Positions 1-7,839 of a stretch of 28,495 nt of DNA are shown piece after piece. Numbering within the stretch: position 1 is the stretch's first letter; the number at the start of each line of letters is the position of its first letter. The translations under genes and the position numbers were made by a program. The notes below the pieces were generated by a model, which worked only from the letters and a program-made list of their open reading frames with translations, searched no databases and was not told where the DNA came from. The stretch covers positions 1-28,495 of the forward strand of contig JBIKUX010000028.1 in NCBI GenBank assembly GCA_044347345.1. The letters run 5' to 3'. The stretch comes from Bdellovibrionota bacterium. GTDB taxonomy: Bacteria > Bdellovibrionota_C > UBA2361 > JBIKUX01.

Positions 1-47
1 ACTTTGTTAGACTGAAGCCGATTCTTTACTGAATCGGCTTTTTTGTT
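1..47 (+). repeat. 47-bp exact direct repeat, copy 1 (element left end, att-adjacent)
   Basis: ACTTTGTTAGACTGAAGCCGATTCTTTACTGAATCGGCTTTTTTGTT is identical to 15755-15801. Confidence 0.95.
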
Positions 48-1580
48 TTTGCTTGTATCGCTTGCCAGTAAAGTGATTGCCTCGAACAAGCTATTTACTT
101 TTGGAGTTCGAACTACCCCTTTTTGCTTGTTATACAGGATTCCTTCGGGGAACACCAGCTTTTGTACTTGTTGCTTTGTTTCATACTCTGATGTAATCCA
201 AGCCCGGCTTAGGTTCTGCGCAATAGACATACATTTCTCCACAGTACTATTGAGGTTCGAACCAATCATTTGTGTTGCATCAGTTTCTTTGGATAATGCA
301 GCTATTTCCTCTCGAATCTTGCTGCTATGCTTTTGATAGATATCCTCACTTATCTGATCGGTAATAAACTTGTGTTCAATTTTTTCAAGCAAGGCTTTTT
401 TCTCTGCGATCTTCTTTTTTGTCAGCATGGCATCTCTGCTACTTTCAAATAAACGCTCCTTCAACTGCTTCATTATCGCATTGACGATTTTAGTTCTTTG
501 ATTGGGGTTATACTCAAATCCGCTGAGCAGCGTAACAAATAAAGAGTTCAAGTTCTTAGCACTCACGTTAACAGGATGCTTTCCTTCCTTAATCTTGTAA
601 TACCAGTTCCCTTTTGTCTTATATCCCGTAAAGGGCATCTTACTCACCTCATCTTTTGCAAATGTTTTTAGTGGCACTTCATCATGGCGGGAAACTTTTG
701 GTACGCCCGCAATAGGGTTATCGTTTAGGATATCTTGAACCCTCATAAAGGTTTTGATATCTATCAGCGCTGGGTGTTGACCTTTGATTAGCTTTCCCCC
801 TACAAGTTTTCCGGTTACATAGCCTGCATAAAAGGGATTGCTGAATACATGCCGAAAGCTTGTTTTGGTAATACGAACTCCTCTACGGCTAAGAAACTCT
901 ACTACTTCTTTAAACTGACACTTACCATCAGCTACCATCTGAAAACCTCGCTTTAAGTGTTTGCCTTCTTCGGTGATTACATACTCATGGAAGCAGGCTC
1001 TATGCTTGGGCTTTAGGTTTTTGTAACCCATCGGAGTAGCATAAGGCCAATAGCCTTTTAGCATTACCTCCCTAGTATTGATCGTAGTTCTGTCACTTTT
1101 TAATCGGTTGTCAAAATTGTTAAGCATGTGAAAGAAGTTCTCCTGCAACCTACCAATGGCCGTAGAAGTATCTATGTCCTGCGTAACTGATTTTACGGTT
1201 ATCCCTTGCTTGCTCAGTTCCTCACTTAAATGCGAAGCAGCAGCACCGCTTCGGGAGAAGCGGTCATAATTGAAAACTATGATGTAGGATATGTTCTTGT
1301 GCTTTTTTACGTATTCCAACATGCGTTGGAACTCTTTACGGCCATCTGTCTTTGCGGATTCATACGTACCCCCAAAATACTCTTTGATTGTGATACTGTG
1401 AGTGGCAGCATAGTTATTACAGTACTTACTTTGTACCTCAAGGCTTCCGTTGTTTTGCGCCTGCTCTTGGCTACTCACACGGGTGTAGATCACTCCGTCA
1501 CCACCGCGTTTTTTAGAGCTGTCCTGATAACGGTTGCGAGTTATTGTTTCAAGAGCTGTTTGAATGTTTGCCGTTTTCAT
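1..1580 (-). CDS. Large serine recombinase (resolvase + recombinase domains), open at the window edge
   Basis: Manual translation from ATG 1580: MKTANIQ...VIYTRVSSQEQ...FNYDRFSR...GYWPYATPMGYKN...FSNPFYAG...GQHPALID...KNKKADSVKNRLQSNK. It has the catalytic YxRVS and DRxxR motifs; 526 codons with no stop before base 1. Confidence 0.93.
   Translation of the reverse strand, partial: MKTANIQTALETITRNRYQDSSKKRGGDGVIYTRVSSQEQAQNNGSLEVQSKYCNNYAATHSITIKEYFGGTYESAKTDGRKEFQRMLEYVKKHKNISYIIVFNYDRFSRSGAAASHLSEELSKQGITVKSVTQDIDTSTAIGRLQENFFHMLNNFDNRLKSDRTTINTREVMLKGYWPYATPMGYKNLKPKHRACFHEYVITEEGKHLKRGFQMVADGKCQFKEVVEFLSRRGVRITKTSFRHVFSNPFYAGYVTGKLVGGKLIKGQHPALIDIKTFMRVQDILNDNPIAGVPKVSRHDEVPLKTFAKDEVSKMPFTGYKTKGNWYYKIKEGKHPVNVSAKNLNSLFVTLLSGFEYNPNQRTKIVNAIMKQLKERLFESSRDAMLTKKKIAEKKALLEKIEHKFITDQISEDIYQKHSSKIREEIAALSKETDATQMIGSNLNSTVEKCMSIAQNLSRAWITSEYETKQQVQKLVFPEGILYNKQKGVVRTPKVNSLFEAITLLASDTSKNKKADSVKNRLQSNK
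15..44 (+). terminator. Intrinsic terminator, probably for a tRNA upstream of the window
   Basis: 10-bp perfect stem AAGCCGATTC / GAATCGGCTT with a 6-nt loop, running into a T tract. Confidence 0.8.
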
Positions 1581-1740
1581 ACTTGTGTTCAGTTTGCAGG
1601 TAGATATCAATGATTAAGTTAGCGAATTGATCTATCTGTTCCTCCTCTGTTAAGAAGTTGATGGTAGTTTCTGCTTCGCTTTTCTTTTTTCGATCTTTTT
1701 GGGTTGCTTCTTTTACATAGGCCTTTCCATTTTGAGCCAT
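1549..1740 (-). CDS. Small hypothetical protein overlapping the recombinase start (candidate directionality/accessory factor)
   Basis: 63-aa ORF, co-oriented, overlaps the recombinase ATG by 32 nt. The role is inferred from position only. Confidence 0.55.
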   Translation of the reverse strand: MAQNGKAYVKEATQKDRKKKSEAETTINFLTEEEQIDQFANLIIDIYLQTEHKYENGKHSNSS

Positions 1741-1795
1741 CGTGATTTAAAGATTCACCACCCGGCCCCATGAGGGGATGCGAGTAAGTATCTTG

Positions 1796-2731
1796 TTAAT
1801 CCTTGGAGCCGGGCTTACCGGAAGTCATTATCTTATTGGTTCTATTAAAATTGATAGTTCGGTTATCTCGTGTACTAATGGTCACCTCTTCATAGTTTTT
1901 CATTCGAAGGATTCTTTTTACTTCTTCAGCTTGATCCGCAGTTATCGTCTGCTTGGTTTGAGTGTCAATGCGGACTATTTTTTCTGATTGTACAACAATG
2001 CGTAACTCTTTTACATTTTTTTTGCGAAGTTCTTTTAGGACAATGCGCTCTTCGTCTTCAAGCAAGTGCGGTATTACAATGTTTGCAAGCTCCTTGTTGT
2101 CAACAAATTCATCTAGTAGTGCCTTTATTGAGATATAGATATGTGGTCTTTCAACATCGGATACTAATTCAGTATGTTTGAAAAACTGTTCGCCTCTCTT
2201 TTCAATCACTTCCCCTTTCGGAAATATTAATATGCCTGCTTCCTTTCCAACGCGGACACACCATATAACAAGGTTTGATAAATAGCTAACATCAAACTTC
2301 AACCCGTATAAGAGCATCTTGTCTCCAAGAATGTACTCAACCTCTGCAAGCACCTGTTCATCCTCTGGCTCACTTATGCCTTTTGCTCTTTTTTCTTCAA
2401 GTTGCTTCTTTAATTCCAGCAGGTTCTTACTAGGTAGTTCATCAAAGTATGCATCTTTAAAAAAGTAATTGGTCACTTTTTCAGTGGAGGCAACTGGATA
2501 ACCCAAAGCCCGCAGATTATCCAGTATTCTTAACCATATAAGTTGCGAGAGGCTCACATTCAGTCCCCAGTCACCTTTTGGGATAAAGGGCAGTAACTTA
2601 TTCCTTCGCCAATAAGGCAAAAATTTATATAGTGATGACTCGCCATCGATGCTCATGAATTTTTCCAGCTCAAAAACAGGCTGGAAGTACTGTTGCTGGA
2701 ACATTTCCAGGGATAATTTTTTGGGAAGCAT
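1796..2731 (-). CDS. Hypothetical protein with MerR-like N-terminal HTH
   Basis: Long ORF; YWRRNKLLPF...LSQLIWLRILDNLRALG resembles a MerR winged HTH. Start moved from 2818 to ATG 2731 because a promoter-like motif lies between them. Confidence 0.65.
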   Translation of the reverse strand: MLPKKLSLEMFQQQYFQPVFELEKFMSIDGESSLYKFLPYWRRNKLLPFIPKGDWGLNVSLSQLIWLRILDNLRALGYPVASTEKVTNYFFKDAYFDELPSKNLLELKKQLEEKRAKGISEPEDEQVLAEVEYILGDKMLLYGLKFDVSYLSNLVIWCVRVGKEAGILIFPKGEVIEKRGEQFFKHTELVSDVERPHIYISIKALLDEFVDNKELANIVIPHLLEDEERIVLKELRKKNVKELRIVVQSEKIVRIDTQTKQTITADQAEEVKRILRMKNYEEVTISTRDNRTINFNRTNKIMTSGKPGSKD

Positions 2732-2775
2732 TTTGCAATTTGGGGTTTTATGTGTTATTTTGTCCAACTTCGATA

Positions 2776-2805
2776 CAAAATTAGGAGTTAAGGTGACATG
2801 GCAAA
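2776..2805 (-). promoter_or_regulatory. Bacteroidetes-type sigma promoter for the leftward core operon
   Basis: Minus strand TTTG (2805-2802), 18 nt, TAATTTTG (2783-2776), close to the TTTG...TAnnTTTG consensus. Confidence 0.5.
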
Positions 2806-2967
2806 AATTATCTTTCAACCCCTTAATCCAGCCGTTCGGTACGGTTCCTGTGCCTACTGCGGCAAGGTTTTTCCCAATTCCAGCTAACTATCCAAAGGAG
2901 ACTGCGAAGCAGGTTAAAGGATAGCCCATATTTGCGAGAACATCAATTTACAATAAAAACAACAACA

Positions 2968-3396
2968 ATGAAACGTAAAACAATCAACACTGCCAATGGC
3001 CCAGCAAAAACCTTTGCACTGGGCCGAGTCTGCCAGCATTGCGGGGAGCCAATTGCCGACCAGGAGCGAGCCTCAAAAACCCACTGCACCAGGTACCGAG
3101 ATGAGTTTGGGGTCATTCACGATTGCAAAAGGCGTAAACATCAACTCAAAACACAGTTGCAAGAGGATGTCCTACTCGATTTCTCAGCCAAACAAAGAGA
3201 GACGAAGCGACAAATTGAAAAAGTAATTGCAGCGCATGGCGATCTAGTCTCCACAGAAGTACTTATTGCGTACAATATAAATCCCGGAGAAAGTATCAGT
3301 TGGCACTATCACTCTGGCCTTCTCTACGCTGAAATGCTGGGATATAAAATAACTTCCAATCCAACACTCAATAATCACAAAATCGAAAAAATATGA
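2968..3396 (+). CDS. Hypothetical protein with Cys-rich zinc-binding motif
   Basis: CQHCGEPI...THC...HDC; ATG 2968 after an A-rich leader preferred over TTG 2932. Confidence 0.65.
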   Translation: MKRKTINTANGPAKTFALGRVCQHCGEPIADQERASKTHCTRYRDEFGVIHDCKRRKHQLKTQLQEDVLLDFSAKQRETKRQIEKVIAAHGDLVSTEVLIAYNINPGESISWHYHSGLLYAEMLGYKITSNPTLNNHKIEKI

Positions 3397-3725
3397 ACTT
3401 ATATGAATACATGGCCGTTGGCCGTAAGCTAAGTAAACAGGATAATCAAAGTAATCAAATTGCAGGCCTTATCGTAACAACTCTTGTTATTGGTGGTTGC
3501 TGGTATATCACCTACCGACTTGCCAACGAACGAGCCAAAAAAATATCATGGCTTAACCACAGTATGGATCAACTAAAAGATCAGCGTAACCAACTAGGTG
3601 AGGCCAATTCCCGGCTCACACAAGAAAATGCTTTGCAAAAGCAGAAAATCCACAACCTTGAGAGAGAGAAGCAATCGTTGGCAAGGCAGTTGAAAGAAAA
3701 ACAAAAACAAGAGCCCGAGGCCTAA
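3393..3725 (+). CDS. Single-TM coiled-coil protein
   Basis: ATGA overlap with the upstream gene; hydrophobic IAGLIVTTLVIGGCWYITY followed by a Q/E/K/L-rich heptad tail. Confidence 0.7.
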   Translation: MNLYEYMAVGRKLSKQDNQSNQIAGLIVTTLVIGGCWYITYRLANERAKKISWLNHSMDQLKDQRNQLGEANSRLTQENALQKQKIHNLEREKQSLARQLKEKQKQEPEA

Positions 3726-3743
3726 TTGCCGAATCAAAAGGGA

Positions 3744-3888
3744 GTTCCAAATGCGTAGATGCTGTTCCGGGACGGTTTTAAATAACCGTAGTACAACTGT
3801 TCCGGAACGGCGTTTACCGTCCTGGAACTTTCGTAGTCATTCTTACGAGTTCTAAAACTTTCTTGATAGTTCATGGGCGTTCTGGAAC
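3744..3888. repeat. Degenerate 10-bp-periodic repeat tract (consensus GTTCYGGAAC) with a hairpin
   Basis: GTTCCGGGAC 3764, GTTCCGGAAC 3799, GTCCTGGAAC 3819, GTTCTAAAAC 3849, GTTCATGGGC 3869, GTTCTGGAAC 3879; hairpin ACGGTT-N6-AACCGT at 3772-3789. Confidence 0.75.
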
Positions 3889-3930
3889 CTTTTCGCCAGG
3901 GCAAATTTTTAATCTTAAATTTATACTGTC

Positions 3931-4308
3931 ATGAAAAAAGTTAAGTATGGAATAGCGCTTTTTGCTATTGTTTTGGTAGTTACATTCGGTATTATTTCGA
4001 TTGGGAAAATCATTTTTATTAAGTACACTGGCGAAAAGGTAGTGGCTATTATTAGCCAGGTTCCATCATCATGTGATAGGTACAACCATATCAACGTTTT
4101 ATTTAAAGGCGAGGTCTATGAAGTAAGTATAAGCAAAGCCGATTGTCGAGAAGGTTTTTATAAAATAGGCCAAAAAGTAACATTGCTAAAGAATAAAAAA
4201 TATAAAGAGCTCGTATGGCCAGATAGTCAACCCGAATTGTTACCTATCATATTTGCAGGTGTTTTTGTTTTAGCATTTATCAGTATGAAAGGACAGATTA
4301 AAAAATAA
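3931..4308 (+). CDS. Two-TM membrane protein (DUF3592-like architecture), cargo
   Basis: N- and C-terminal TM helices around a small beta-rich domain (YKIGQKVTL); same layout as 5370-5759. Confidence 0.7.
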   Translation: MKKVKYGIALFAIVLVVTFGIISIGKIIFIKYTGEKVVAIISQVPSSCDRYNHINVLFKGEVYEVSISKADCREGFYKIGQKVTLLKNKKYKELVWPDSQPELLPIIFAGVFVLAFISMKGQIKK

Positions 4309-4332
4309 TTGTATCGTAACATTAATTCATTC

Positions 4333-4424
4333 TTACAGCTTCCCCAAAGATCTGCCATTTAGTTGTTACCCAGATTTTAAGCATTTAAACAATTACCATT
4401 ATTCCATGTCGATTGCGAAGTTTG
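4333..4424 (+). repeat. Right-end repeat copy 1 (partial)
   Basis: CAGCTTCCCCAAAGATCTGCCATTTAGTTG...TTATTCCATGTCGATTGCGAAGTTTG aligns with 15607-15701. Confidence 0.9.
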
Positions 4425-4507
4425 AAAACCAGGAAGATAAGCACATCGTAAAAACTTTTATTGATGCCCTCCTTACTAAACAACAATTACAACAACTTGC
4501 ACAATAA
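4421..4507 (+). pseudogene. 3' fragment of an XRE-type regulator gene
   Basis: Reads FENQEDKHIVKTFIDALLTKQQLQQLAQ*, like the C-termini of Bacteroidetes XRE repressors; no start codon. Confidence 0.45.
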
Positions 4508-4510
4508 AAT

Positions 4511-5008
4511 TTAGTTATAAACAAAGGGAATTTTTGACATCCGAATATTTATTTTGCCAGTTACATTTTTATAAAATCCAACGTATGGAAAATCCTGAGT
4601 GTTCACAAGAAAAGAATCTTTGCTATTGTTAATGATTAATGATAGCTTTATTGGCTCGCTAAACTTAGAACATGATATTCTTTGTTCAAAAAAGATAATT
4701 TGACTTTTTGTATTTCCTCGATAAACTTTAATTGTCAAATTTGCTCTTTCATCATTAGAATCGCTTACTAAACTAATATTGTCAAAAACTCGGCAGTTAT
4801 TAATAAATAACTCGGTTTTATCACCTTGAAATCCGCCTTGAAAATGAATTTCAAAGAGTTTATTCTCGTCTATACTAATTTTTTTGCAGGGCATGCAAGA
4901 AAATAAAAATATTATGCTTTGTAAGAAAAGTATTGTCAGCTTCCCCGAAGATCGGCCTGGCTTAAGTGCTTTGACAATCTGTGATTCTGTGAACTTTGAC
5001 TTTTTCAT
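4511..5008 (-). CDS. Chimeric ORF: IS3-type N-terminus + repeat-encoded linker + 5'-truncated lipoprotein
   Basis: MKKSKFTESQIVKALK (IS3 OrfA-like), then PGRSSGKL (antisense of repeat copy 2), then TILFLQSIIFLFSC lipobox and a soluble domain. Confidence 0.6.
   Translation of the reverse strand: MKKSKFTESQIVKALKPGRSSGKLTILFLQSIIFLFSCMPCKKISIDENKLFEIHFQGGFQGDKTELFINNCRVFDNISLVSDSNDERANLTIKVYRGNTKSQIIFFEQRISCSKFSEPIKLSLIINNSKDSFLVNTQDFPYVGFYKNVTGKINIRMSKIPFVYN
4931..4957 (+). repeat. Right-end repeat copy 2 (short)
   Basis: TATTGTCAGCTTCCCCGAAGATCGGCC. Confidence 0.9.
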
Positions 5009-5058
5009 ATTTACCATTTAAAGTTAGCAATTCCGCTAACTTCTAAATGGCACTTTTC
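4958..5058 (-). mobile_element. IS3-family left-end remnant
   Basis: First 16 codons MKKSKFTESQIVKALK plus the upstream hairpin AAGTTAGC-GGAATT-GCTAACTT; rest of the transposase absent. Confidence 0.65.
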
Positions 5059-5123
5059 ACCTCCTTGATAATAACATCATGTTCGGCAAGATTTAAATGA
5101 AAGTACTCGCTAATAATTCGTGC

Positions 5124-5263
5124 TATCAGCTTCCCCGAGGATTGACCATTTAGTTGTTAGCTAAATTTCAAGCATTTAAGTAATTGCCCTTATTCCATGT
5201 CGGTTACGAAGTTTGCAGTTTCAACCAAATCCTTCAATATTTCGTTCGAACTTAGTCCAGCAA
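5124..5263 (+). repeat. Right-end repeat copy 3 (near full length, includes recombinase-tail codons)
   Basis: Colinear with about 15610-15749; minus strand encodes AGLSSNEILKDLVETANFVTDME*. Confidence 0.93.
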
Positions 5264-5369
5264 TACCATGCCAAGCAAAACACTATTATTGCGGTTGGAA
5301 ATACTGCACTATAAATCCAATACATCATAAGATTTTTAAGGGTTGTTGGCCAATCAAAGCTAATTTAGC

Positions 5370-5759
5370 TCATGTTCCTGATTTCATTTTACGCCATTGG
5401 GAGATACTAATACCTATTCCTAATAACCCTAATGCAACAAAGGATAATAAATTCATCATTGCTGATTCATCTGGACGAAGTATTGTTTTTGAACCTTCTA
5501 AAAACTTCATATCAATTAACTCTCCTACGTGATGAGTCTCACAAAAATTTCCTCTCGTTGCTTTATCATAAATTTCTCCTTCGTAACTATACTTCACAAA
5601 ATATCTGACTTTTGTACCGATGGATGATTTTGGTAATTCCTCTATCTTCATTTTAACTATTATGCCATTCCTTTCAACATTCAGTGTTTCATAGTTTGAA
5701 ATAAATAAGATGATAGACCCAATAAAAAAAACTATCCCAGCCACAAACAAAAACTTCAT
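5370..5759 (-). CDS. Two-TM membrane protein (DUF3592-like architecture), cargo
   Basis: TM - beta domain (YFVKYSYEGEIY...HVGELIDMKF) - TM. Confidence 0.7.
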   Translation of the reverse strand: MKFLFVAGIVFFIGSIILFISNYETLNVERNGIIVKMKIEELPKSSIGTKVRYFVKYSYEGEIYDKATRGNFCETHHVGELIDMKFLEGSKTILRPDESAMMNLLSFVALGLLGIGISISQWRKMKSGT

Positions 5760-5805
5760 AATCGTTTAGAATTAAAATTTTATAAGAATTGGTTTTATGG
5801 GCGGG

Positions 5806-6276
5806 CTATTTATCCTCCCTTTTGAAACTATTTACCATTTGTCTGTATCTCGCAATTGCTATTTCAGTTATTGACTTAGTTAACCCTAGCTTGATGCAAC
5901 CTGATACGATAGGTTTCTTATAGCCAGCGTCTGCATAATTTATAGCTAAAACATCCTTAGAAAGAAGTCTGCCAACTGAATCAGCCTCCTTCACTGTTTG
6001 GTAGGAGATTACTTCAATATCTACAAACAAACCATTATCGCCGTTATTGATCATAAATGTTTTGAGACTGTCATTCGTTAATTCATTTATGCAGCCACAT
6101 ATTGCTGCAGCCTTATAACTCTTGACAAAGTCTGTCTTAGAAACATAATAATCAGATTTTTTGAAATTACGTGCGGACGTACAACTATATAAATAAGTTG
6201 AAGCAAATAGTACTATAATTAACACCATTTGATTAACAGCCATGACATTTTTTGTATTTATGATGGGGTTGATCAT
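5806..6276 (-). CDS. Hypothetical lipoprotein, cargo
   Basis: Hydrophobic stretch ending LYSC; internal CGC and C-terminal C. True start may be a downstream Met. Confidence 0.7.
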   Translation of the reverse strand: MINPIINTKNVMAVNQMVLIIVLFASTYLYSCTSARNFKKSDYYVSKTDFVKSYKAAAICGCINELTNDSLKTFMINNGDNGLFVDIEVISYQTVKEADSVGRLLSKDVLAINYADAGYKKPIVSGCIKLGLTKSITEIAIARYRQMVNSFKREDK

Positions 6277-6514
6277 ATGCTACAGCATTTAGAAATCTCA
6301 AACTAAAGATATCTTAATTTATCAAAAAATACCTCTTACTGCCTAGAAAATCCTCTGATGAAAACTCATATCGAGCAAAAGCGATTTCAAATTGCTTTGT
6401 GAAGAAAATTGCCCAGAAATGAGTAACTTATCAACATGAATACTACCGTAAGGGAGAAACCTAGATACAAAGTGATTTATTTTGCTGATTAAATGACAGT
6501 AACCAACTTTTAAT

Positions 6515-6964
6515 ATGAGTGTTAAAAGCTATTTTCTAAGTGTTTTTCTGACAGTAGGCGTACTGTCCAGCTGTTTTTCTCAACAGTTAGTAAAAAAACA
6601 AAGTGATGCAAAGTTTCTTACCGAACAAAAAGAACGCTTTATCAATATGCCGTTAAAAGTTCTTCTAAATGAGATTAAGCCAGCCATAAAATATGCGTAT
6701 GGTGAGGATGCTAAAGACCACGGGAGGCCTGCCTATTTCACGTTTAAATTTGTTACGAAACAACAAAACTATAGCCTTGTTGAGAAGGGAATTGCCCCTA
6801 TTGTAATTTATGTTTATGTAAAGGAAAAATGCATTGATTGGGGTAAATTCAAAAAACTAAAAAAAGAAACATTTACTTCTTGGACAACTGATGACTCTCA
6901 TTTCTATAATAATTTCACCGTAATCAATATAGATGTTTACGGTGAGGCTACTTTTGATGAATGA
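6515..6964 (+). CDS. Hypothetical secreted protein/lipoprotein, cargo
   Basis: Signal peptide MSVKSYFLSVFLTVGVLSSC. Confidence 0.7.
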   Translation: MSVKSYFLSVFLTVGVLSSCFSQQLVKKQSDAKFLTEQKERFINMPLKVLLNEIKPAIKYAYGEDAKDHGRPAYFTFKFVTKQQNYSLVEKGIAPIVIYVYVKEKCIDWGKFKKLKKETFTSWTTDDSHFYNNFTVINIDVYGEATFDE

Positions 6965-6997
6965 AAGATCTTTAACTCAATATCAAAATAGAACTCT

Positions 6998-7210
6998 TTA
7001 GGGTGATACAACCTCAATTACCCCCAGCTTATTCATTGTTATCAAGGTAAGCAGAACAATGATCAAGAAGTAATGCAAGGTGAGCATCCCTTTATCAACC
7101 TTAGGCTTGAAAATTGGATGATTCAAAATGGGAATGTCAATCCACAAGTTGATCAGTCGTAGAGTACTAAGCAATATGATTAAAACGGAAAAGACGGTTA
7201 ACAATGTCAT
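6998..7210 (-). CDS. 70-aa two-TM protein, copy A
   Basis: Near-identical paralog at 12024-12236 with frame kept and many synonymous changes. Confidence 0.7.
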   Translation of the reverse strand: MTLLTVFSVLIILLSTLRLINLWIDIPILNHPIFKPKVDKGMLTLHYFLIIVLLTLITMNKLGVIEVVSP

Positions 7211-7362
7211 ACGGTAATATTCAATCCAAATTTAACAACCCAATTTGAGAGTTAAGACTATTTCAAACCGACCAAACGTTATTTTAAGTAGAATTGTGCG
7301 TGTACTTGTCAAAAATGCGTAGCTATAAATAGCAAAACCTGAAGTTCAAAACCTTTAACTCT

Positions 7363-7764
7363 ATGAAATTACTACCAAGAATTGGCAGTCTACTAACGCT
7401 ATCATTCCTTTTCCTGTTATGCTCCACAAGTGTCAAGGCTCAGGAGGAAAAGCGTTCTGCAATAGCTGACTTCCACATCACTATCCAGAACACCCCAAAT
7501 GGTATTGCTCTCACAAGCTCAAAAGGGAGTGCTTGGGCAACCCTGGAGTTCACCCTTCCTTACGATAAGCCACAAACAATAAATGAGTATGGAATGGCTG
7601 ATCCTGCAAAAGGGCTGGAGAATGGGTCCTACCTGTTCACCATCACAAGGACCCATAGCGGCTTAAAGCTAAAAGGCTTACAGGGTACAGCTTGGATAGA
7701 CTTGGAATTCACGCTTCCCCCTAATAAAGCTCAAAGTATTGACCAGCTGGGAATGGCTATGTAG
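7363..7764 (+). CDS. Secreted protein with internal two-fold repeat, copy A
   Basis: Signal peptide ending VKA-Q; repeated unit GSAWATLEFTLP...INEYGM / GTAWIDLEFTLP...IDQLGM; paralog at 12375-12779. Confidence 0.8.
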   Translation: MKLLPRIGSLLTLSFLFLLCSTSVKAQEEKRSAIADFHITIQNTPNGIALTSSKGSAWATLEFTLPYDKPQTINEYGMADPAKGLENGSYLFTITRTHSGLKLKGLQGTAWIDLEFTLPPNKAQSIDQLGMAM

Positions 7765-7839
7765 TTCGTATTTTAGTTAAAAGCTCTAAATCATGAGATT
7801 CTTTGTCAGAACCACCTTACTCATTATTTTATAAAATTA

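Noticed and set aside
43-1613. Plus-strand ORFs 43-336 and 1230-1613
   Set aside because: Antisense shadows of the serine recombinase.
3764-3888. GTTC/GAAC motifs as LexA boxes
   Set aside because: The arrangement GTTC-N2-GAAC does not match the GAAC-N4-GTTC or GTTC-N7-GTTC LexA motifs.
5060-5123. Possible HipA-like C-terminal fragment on the minus strand (ARIISEYFHLNLAEHDVIIKE)
   Set aside because: Too short to assign without a search.
5197-5532. Plus-strand ORFs over the repeats (5197-5532, 8301-8510, 15581-15769)
   Set aside because: Their similarity comes from the DNA repeat; starts and stops are not conserved, whereas the minus-strand tail frame is.
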